64,000 nucleotides of DNA from positions 1-64,000 of the forward strand of contig CBFDEM010000015.1 of the NCBI GenBank assembly GCA_965603825.1, read 5' to 3'. Numbering within the stretch: position 1 is the stretch's first letter; the number at the start of each line of letters is the position of its first letter. Position numbers and translations under genes: made by a program. Origin of the DNA: Blepharisma stoltei ATCC 30299 (Eukaryota > Protista > Ciliophora). The notes under the pieces are model-generated. The model saw only the letters and a program-made list of their open reading frames with translations. It made no database searches and was not told the DNA's origin. Below, piece after piece: positions 56,532-64,000 of this stretch.

Positions 56532-57566
56532 TTATTCAATTAGCACGTTTTTCTCGAATTTTCCTTCTTTAACACCTCTTTTGTCAGGGAATGAAATTTT
56601 TCCCATTCCCTGTTGGACCCCTTCTGCCCATTGTCCTTCATAAACAGTCCCATCATTCCATTTCATCATTCCTTTTCCATGTCTTAAATCATTTAAAAAC
56701 TCCCCACGATACTCATTCCTTGATGCCCAAACAAAGCATCCTATTCCAGATTTTTTGTCATTTTTGAAATTTCCTATATATTTATGGCCTTCTTTTAAAA
56801 AAATTATTCCAATTCCATCCTTTTGGCCGTCAACAAAATTTCCTTGATAAAAGGTGTTTTTGCTGTAAATGTATTTTCCATACCCATTTGGTTTACCGTC
56901 CACGAAATTTCCTATATATTTTCCTCCAGTTTCAGCATAATGAGCCATACCTTTACCATTTGGGATAAAATCTTTCCATTCTCCTTCATATGAGTTTCCA
57001 TTGGAATAAACATGTTTTCCCCATCCATTTGCTTTTGAATTTACCCAATCGCCAATATAGCTTTCATTATTAAATCCAAACCACATTCCTTTGCCTTCTT
57101 GCTGGCCTTCTACCCAATCTCCTTCATAAGTTTCTCCAGTGCTTCAAAATAATTTTCCTTTTCCATTAGCTTTCCCGTCGAAAAATTCTCCTACGTATTT
57201 ATTTCCATTTAAATAATACTCGATTCCATTGCCTTGGCGTCTATCATTTCTCCATTCTCCGAAATACCATCTTCCAGAATGGTAGAGCATTCTTCCTAGT
57301 CCATGCCTTTTACCATTAAAAATGCTTCCTTCGTATATGCTGTCATTATATTTTATGCTGGCTTCAAGGTCAAGTTGGTTTCTTTCTTCTTCAGTTAAAT
57401 TTTCCTTATATTCGCTTTTAATTTTATCTTCAAAATAATCACAGTCAAAAATAATTTCTTCAAGTTTTTTCGATTTAATTTTTACTATTGCTTTTTCATT
57501 ATCTTCCACAAATTTCTTGATTTCCTCCAGTTTTTGATCTGACATAAACTCTTCCCACTCAACCAT
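56532..57566 (-). CDS. MORN-repeat protein, one TGA=Trp
   Basis: Tandem YEGEW..G...G.G repeats; GKGKLF(W=TGA 57144)STGETYEGDW fits the repeat consensus. Confidence 0.92.
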
Positions 57567-57602
57567 ATTTTAATCTATTTTTCTTATAATCTTAATATAT
57601 AT

Positions 57603-58238
57603 TTAATTTCGCTTCTCATAGTTGAGAGGCAAAGAAACATTATTTTTGTCGTTTTCAAGGCCTTTAAGTGCATCCGCTTGCACTTTGGTAACAAATCTTC
57701 CCTTAATTCTGATTCTGCTATCAGCTACCCTTTTTCTGCATGCATACGCAATTCTCTTTGAAAAAGTTCTCCTCTTTCTTTTTTCTAAGTACCTTTCGAT
57801 TTTTATTTTTCTTTCTTCTAGTGTTAAGGTTCCAATCTTTTTGGTGTTATCATATATAATTTGCGGTTTTGGTAAAAACTGATTTTCGCTCTCGACTTTT
57901 TCCTTCTGATTTCGATACTGCTGGTCGATATTTTCTGGGTTCATCATCGGGTAATAATCAAACGGCTGAGACATCAGGCGTCTCATTTCTTGTGAATCTT
58001 TTGGCATAAAGTTTGGATCTAGCAAAAAAAGAAAATTCGGGTCCCATCCTTCCATCTCCGGCATTGGCATCATGAAGTTGTCAGCCATGTCTTCGCGTTT
58101 CGGCATTTCAGGGTTTTCAGGGTCAAAAAAGACGCTAGGAAAAAACAATTGGGCCATTTCTGGAGGCACAAACGGGGGTTCTTGTCCATCTGTTTCAAAA
58201 GTGTCACGATCGCCTGCAAATGAATTGGGATCAAACAT
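57603..58238 (-). CDS. CCT-domain protein
   Basis: ERKIKIERYLEKRKRRTFSKRIAYACRKRVADSRIRIKGRFV; Met/Pro/acid-rich N-terminus. Confidence 0.9.
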   Translation of the reverse strand: MFDPNSFAGDRDTFETDGQEPPFVPPEMAQLFFPSVFFDPENPEMPKREDMADNFMMPMPEMEGWDPNFLFLLDPNFMPKDSQEMRRLMSQPFDYYPMMNPENIDQQYRNQKEKVESENQFLPKPQIIYDNTKKIGTLTLEERKIKIERYLEKRKRRTFSKRIAYACRKRVADSRIRIKGRFVTKVQADALKGLENDKNNVSLPLNYEKRN

Positions 58239-58864
58239 AATAAGAATTTATTATAAGAAGTCTTTTTTTACAAGCACTTTGGTTATTTAAAGGCCTTAAT
58301 TAGCTTAATTTGGATTAAAGTGGAGAAAAGGGTTATTGTTTGTGGTGTTTGTTGCAAGTTGTATGATTGGCTATAAACTTTTAAATATGAGATTTTTGAA
58401 AATCCCATTTATTAGTGGAGTTTGAGGAAAAATTTAAAGAGCTGGAAATGTTGGAATTTTAATGAATTTGCAAGCTGGGTGCTTAATAGTTGAAAAATAA
58501 TTTTATTAAATACAAAAATCCTTTATACAGAGTTTAAATATTTTGAGGAATAAAAGAATTATGAGATAGATTTTCGTTAATTGAAAAATAGTAATATGAA
58601 ACAGCTTACAATAGAAGACACTAAATTTCTTTGAAATTATACAATTTAATATTCAAATACCTCATGATTCTTTAATGCTATTGAAACTGGCTATTTAATG
58701 GCTATTTTAATATGCCGAAATTTTTTAGAAACCTAACAGATCTTCTTTATATCCTATAATAAGGCAACCAGAACTAGCAGTCTGATATTGCTATCTCAAA
58801 ATAGATCTGCTCAAAGGACTTGACACTCTATTACTAATTTATAATCATTAATCCTTAATAATTC

Positions 58865-59650
58865 TTAAATTACAACGCATACACAATTGGTTTTTTTGAG
58901 GGTCGGCCTGGCATCTTCCAGCTTAATGTAGCTCTGTGCAACATTTTCCAAGGACTTCAGCTGTGTTTTCAACATCAGGTTTTCTTCCTCTTTGTATTCT
59001 ATTTCCTTTTCACTACTTACAAGCTGAGCAGAAATTTCATGCATTTCTTTTTGTAAATCATTAATTCTGTCGATGATGTGCGCCAAATCGTAATTTTCTC
59101 TGTGGCAGTCTGGGATTGGGCTTTCGTCGAATTCAGGATAAGAAATCCTTGAATGGTATTTTTTGGAAACTGATGAATCTTCGATTAATTCGAAAATCGT
59201 CTTTTTCATGTTGTCAAGTTCAGAAAAAAGGATTGAAATTTTAGCAGAATCCACGTTCGCAAAATCAGCTAAGCTTTGAGAAGCTGTTCGAAAAGCTGAT
59301 AATTTTTCATTAATTGCTTTGTACATCTCTTTGGTTTGCTTTTTAATTGACTTAGCCATATCTACAGGTGACTGATGAAAATCAGTCGAATCTAAGCTCA
59401 CTGACAGCAAGCTGTCATCGATCGGAGACTTAGCGTCTCCTATTTCTTGTACTGGAGCTACAACTGGTGACTCTATGATTGATCCGAACTGATCGTTTTC
59501 TTCTTTATGGTGAGAGAGCTCAAGGTTTGTGAGATTTTGAAACAGCAGGTGAGTTACATCTTCTCCTGTCACTTTGGAGTATTCTTGGATCTTGCAAATC
59601 CTCTGAGTCACGTCGTCAATCAATTCTTGGTTAACCCCTTTGTTGTTCAT
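58865..59650 (-). CDS. Coiled-coil protein with C-terminal CaaX (CVVI)
   Basis: 261-aa ATG-TAA ORF with heptad-rich C-terminal half, ending LKKTNCVCVVI. Confidence 0.7.
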   Translation of the reverse strand: MNNKGVNQELIDDVTQRICKIQEYSKVTGEDVTHLLFQNLTNLELSHHKEENDQFGSIIESPVVAPVQEIGDAKSPIDDSLLSVSLDSTDFHQSPVDMAKSIKKQTKEMYKAINEKLSAFRTASQSLADFANVDSAKISILFSELDNMKKTIFELIEDSSVSKKYHSRISYPEFDESPIPDCHRENYDLAHIIDRINDLQKEMHEISAQLVSSEKEIEYKEEENLMLKTQLKSLENVAQSYIKLEDARPTLKKTNCVCVVI

Positions 59651-60556
59651 ATATATATCCTATTCAATCAATGAATATGGATAATTTAATAAAATAAATA
59701 TCTAGGCCTGCATACTTGATTTAGCTAATATCAAAGTCTAATTCTTCTAAGTAGTAAAAGAAGATATGCTGTAACAGCGGTAAAATTATATTAATTCTTG
59801 TAAGCTCTAATTTGATAAAATGGTTTTGCCTTTTATAAGCTTACACCGAAGTATACCGAGACGAAAACCCGACTTGATGCTATTGCTATAATATTGGATT
59901 AGATAATATAGAAATGAAAAGATCACAAATTTAGATTTACTTTAGCTTAAGGCCATAAATTAATCTCTTTTGGCCTAGAGGCTTTATATCTAGTTTTTTT
60001 GAAAATTCCGACTGCGAACTCTGATATAATGATCCAAGATTAGAGCGCTAATCATATTAATTAATAGCATATTAGTCAAGCAAAGGAAACTTAATGCCAA
60101 TTTTCGGATTAACTATAGATCAAGGTTATTATACTATTTGGAATTTCTGAAGGCTAAATATTAAAAATCATTTATTTTTAAACAAATTATCATCAAGCTC
60201 ATGAAATCATAAAAATCTTGGGAAATGCCATTTCTTTATATCTCTAACTTCTACTAGCTTATATCAATCTACAATTGTTTTGCTATTTTCTTATAAGAAA
60301 GTTATCTTTATGAGTATCCTGATATAGATAATTTTATTCTATCATTGTGTAAGCTCCTTATTTTTTAATTTTGGATTTTGTATACTTTTTGAATGCTAAA
60401 ACGAGCTATTTCTGCTTATAAGATTCCATTTCTGTTTTTTATAAATAATTAGAAATTATTTTGGTAAAAATGCATAAATTAAAGCATTAGAACTTTAAAT
60501 TGGCTCTTGCCTAGCTAAGGAACATATCATTCTTAGAGAGAAAATCATAAAAAGCA

Positions 60557-61171
60557 TTAATCAACCATTTTAAGCACCATTAAATTCATATCCTCCGATA
60601 TTAGCCCTTCAGCAATTTTTGATTTTACTAACTCAAAAAATCCTACACAAAATTCTCCTTGAATATCGAGCTGGACTGGACTTTGATTTCCCCCATCAAA
60701 AAGGATAAACCCAGGAAGAACAGCAACAAAATGGTGTGTAATTGGAGTAGTTGTTGGGTTTGTTTGGCCCTCAGCTGCAAATGCTTGGTGTGACTGCTTT
60801 ATTTCTTGGCTTCCAGCCATTATATTAGCTGTCTCTAATGGGGATTTATTAAAAATGTTAGCTTTTAATTGCTGAATAAGGCTTCCTTCTATTAAATCAG
60901 CCTCTGCATTAAAAATTGCATGAATTGCTGCCAAAATTCCACAGGCAGCGTCTAGTTCACTGATCTGCTTTATAAAATAAGGAGCAGAAACTTCAGTGCC
61001 AGTAAAAATAGGCCCAGGCAGATGTGTTCTAAAAGCCAAAACAATCGCAGCAGCAGGCATTTCAAAATCCATGCTATAAATTTCAGAAAATTCCCAAAAT
61101 TCAGCTAGCCCTATTGTTCGTAAATAATTTGTAAAAATTGTAGGATCACTTTCCAAAGCTGGCCAATTCAT
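60557..61171 (-). CDS. Ubiquitin C-terminal hydrolase, peptidase C12 (UCHL1/3-like)
   Basis: WPALESDP, KQ...AACG, HFVA and LFDG catalytic motifs. Start placed at MNW (61171); an upstream in-frame ATG exists at 61216. Confidence 0.88.
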   Translation of the reverse strand: MNWPALESDPTIFTNYLRTIGLAEFWEFSEIYSMDFEMPAAAIVLAFRTHLPGPIFTGTEVSAPYFIKQISELDAACGILAAIHAIFNAEADLIEGSLIQQLKANIFNKSPLETANIMAGSQEIKQSHQAFAAEGQTNPTTTPITHHFVAVLPGFILFDGGNQSPVQLDIQGEFCVGFFELVKSKIAEGLISEDMNLMVLKMVD

Positions 61172-61468
61172 TTTGAAATTAAATTTATAAATATGGGAAA
61201 ATGAAATAGAAGACATCAGATTTTATATTAATTGTAATAAAAATATAAATAATTTTGGATAAAATGCATTTAAATGCTTAATAAAATTGCAAGCTAATGA
61301 AGATGATAAATAATTTTTGTGTATTCAAAACAAATAAAATTCAATTGATTAGTTTAAACGAATTCAATAGTAATTTTGTAGTATATAACTATAGGGCTCT
61401 GTCTTCTAAAACCTAATTCTATTTTATTTTATCTTTTATAGTTTCATATATTCCTAACATTAATAAAT

Positions 61469-63184
61469 ATGAATGCTTCGATTTCATCACTAAGTTTTTC
61501 TGCATTAGAAAGGAAATACTATGTGGCTGAATTCGATAGATTGACAGAAAAGCAAGAAAATTCTATAATTGACAGAACTTTATCAAGGGAAGAATACATG
61601 AATTTCTTGAAAAGATTGAAAATTTCAAGAACAGATTGCGATGATATCTGAAATTTAGTAAATGAAAACCAAAATGTATTAAAATTGCCAAATTTTATGG
61701 CAGCTATGAGATTGTGTAGTGTTTTGAAGCAAGGATTACGAGTTGGAAAGGAAAATTTAATTAAGGAACAAAGCGTTTTAGCAAGAAAATCTAAAGATAA
61801 AGATACAAAAAATACTGAAGATTCAAAGCCAGGAGGAATGCCAAATAAAAAGACTGAGAATGGGAAGGGTAAAAACACTAATGATAGGCTGAGTGACATA
61901 CCAGCTATGCAAGAAACTGCTCAAAATATTTTACCCAAGATGCCAGCATTGCCTGATGATAAGAAATTTCCTGCGTTTGAAAAACCAATTGAAAATATTT
62001 ATACTGGGAATAAGTCACCATTAAAAAACTTTGAAGAAAAAACCCCAACTCCTGCTTTAACTGAAAAATCGATATTCCAGGCACCTTTAAACCTAATCAA
62101 TGTTCCAGAGCCTTCAGCATTTAACAAGCGAGAAATCTCAGTAGAAACTCCAACACAGGTGATCAGTGGGTGGTTTGGGAGTTCATCATATCACACTTAT
62201 CCGATCATCACACAAATAAATGACCAAATTTATAGAGTAACTAGAAGATTCAGCGACTTAGATTGAATGCATAACTTATTAGTCAAAAATTATTGCGGAT
62301 TCCTTATACCTCCACGACCGGATAAAAGAATTATTAACAATAACAATGACAAGTTTATTGAAGAGCGAAGATTGCAGATTGAAAAATACTTAAACATTAT
62401 TTTAAATAACCCAGTATTAGGCATGTCACTCCCATTTAAAGTTTTTACACAAGCCCGTGATGAAAACTTCGAAATTGAAAAAAAATCAGCAGAAGATCGT
62501 CAAGAAAATCTTCAAGCTAAAAGTTTTGAAGATATAATTGACAGCGTTTATGCAAAATTCCAAACAAATTATCAAAAATTATTTACTGATATTCCTATAA
62601 AAGAAGACATTGAAAATATAGTAGAAAATATAATAAAGCTGGATTCTCCTACACAGTCTTGTATTAATTCTTTTCAAAATTGGACAAATCAGCAGAAATT
62701 GACGATAGATGCATTTCGCGAATTCGAAATCCCAGAAGAGCCAGATATTTCTGATATTTTTCAGCAGCATTCAAAGAACTGCCAACAGAATTTCGAAGAG
62801 CTTGACCAATTTCATTCAGATTTTTCTAATGAACATTTACGATTGGAAGGGTTAAAACAAGCGATAAATTCATATAAAGGATCAATTAGTAAATATCATG
62901 AGCAAGAAGCTTTAATTTCAAGAAAATATGCAAAGCATAAGAATTCATATGACGAAGAAACAGCGTCAAGATATTTACAAGAACTGGAATCTGCTGAAAT
63001 AGATTTGGAAAAATTAACTAAGTCATTGAGTAAAATAGAAAGCAATTTAATTCAAGAAAACATGAGATTTGAAGCAACAAGGAGTGAAGAAATTATGAAA
63101 ACTGTTATTGGGATTACTAAAAAGCAAAGAGAATTTTATGAAAAAGAATGTGTATTTTGGCAAAATGCCCTTGAAAAATTTTAA
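61469..63184 (+). CDS. Sorting nexin with N-terminal EH-like domain, PX and BAR, 571 aa, two TGA=Trp
   Basis: DCDDI(W=TGA 61649)NLV...NFMAAMRL (EH-like); VTRRFSDLD(W=TGA 62264)MH...IPPRPDK...FIEERR (PX); helical BAR-like tail. All three ORF pieces are in frame. Confidence 0.85.
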
Positions 63185-63362
63185 AATAAATATCCGCGTC
63201 AAAAATTAATTTAGACCATTAATCTCCTTTTAAGTTTCCACGTATAGATAATAAAATGGGATTATAATTATTTATACTCTAAATTATATCATAAAATTAA
63301 TAATAAATTTATATGAAATACCAATTAATATTTTCTATAAAATTCTACCTTATATAATCTCA

Positions 63363-64000
63363 TTAAATTAATCCTAACTTTGTTGATGCAATTAAAGATG
63401 ACAAAAATTGTTCAATTGAAGACCCTCCCGTTCCTTTTTGATCTTTCCCTTGCCCAGGTGCTAAAACATAATGATAAGCAAGCTTTAAATGAGCCTCTCT
63501 AAGTTTACATATTTTTTCTATTGCATTATTCCATTCTTCTACTGCTCCAAGCTCTATTATTTTTTCTTTCATATCCCTAGGCCTTATCGTTCCAATATAG
63601 CTTATAAAATTCCTATGCTCAGTTTTCATATAATTTCACATTTTCTGAATAAATTCATCATTTTTATTTAAATTAAATACTTCATCTATATATTTCACTA
63701 TAGGAATTTGAGCAGCTGAAGCCCCTGCATAAATTTCTGAATTCTCACTAACCCCTTCAAAAATGACTCCTGTTTCAAATGATTTCAACTTTTTCCGAAA
63801 TCCAAAATAAAATATTTTTGGGTCAACCTTTTGATAAATTAGCTTAAATGTTTTTGTCATTATTTCTATTGTGTCCTTAAATGCATCTAAAGCTTCAATA
63901 ACCTGAAATTTATTGCTATTTTCTAGCCCTGAATAAAGCTTATAGCATGCATCTATAAGTGGAGTTCCAAGATACTCAATATACATAGGAGTCAAATAAA
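63363..64000 (-). CDS. Indoleamine 2,3-dioxygenase (5' part outside the window), one TGA=Trp
   Basis: DPKIFYFGFR, YAGASAAQ, FIQKM(W=TGA 63636)NYMKTEHRNFI, heme-ligand His in LREAHL and GTGGS. Confidence 0.88.

Noticed and set aside
3749-57566. Functional cluster of ciliary genes (HYDIN, tectonic, dynein, MORN)
   Set aside because: They are interspersed with unrelated genes on both strands, and ciliary genes are abundant in ciliates; no shared motif was found.
18733-63638. TGA as selenocysteine or programmed readthrough
   Set aside because: Aligned positions are Trp rather than Cys, the genes are not selenoprotein families, and the +4 base varies (A, G, T, C) with no shared readthrough context.

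Overview
Telomere-capped left end of a very gene-dense, AT-rich eukaryotic chromosome, most likely a macronuclear chromosome of a heterotrich ciliate of the genus Blepharisma. Three sequence signatures point there: (1) about 956 bp of CCCTAACA telomeric repeat; (2) UGA read as Trp, with 17 in-frame TGA codons in 12 genes, many at family-invariant Trp positions, while every complete gene ends in TAA or TAG; (3) spliceosomal introns of only 15-16 nt (GTA...A-nn-YAG), five of which can be placed by reading-frame repair. The supplied standard-code ORF track therefore fragments many genes. After repair the window holds about 29 protein-coding genes, including HYDIN, an outer-arm dynein heavy chain (DNAH5/8 type), MCM3, tectonic, a CDPK, two DHHC palmitoyltransferases, TBC1D23-, GRAMD1-, CWF19L2-, EDC4- and UCH-like proteins, a CCT-domain protein and a partial IDO. 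Two genes visible only after recoding are the most notable candidates: a Rap1/TERF2IP-like BRCT-Myb-RCT protein and a compact WASP-like protein lacking a polyproline region. All family assignments come from motif recognition by eye, not database searches.
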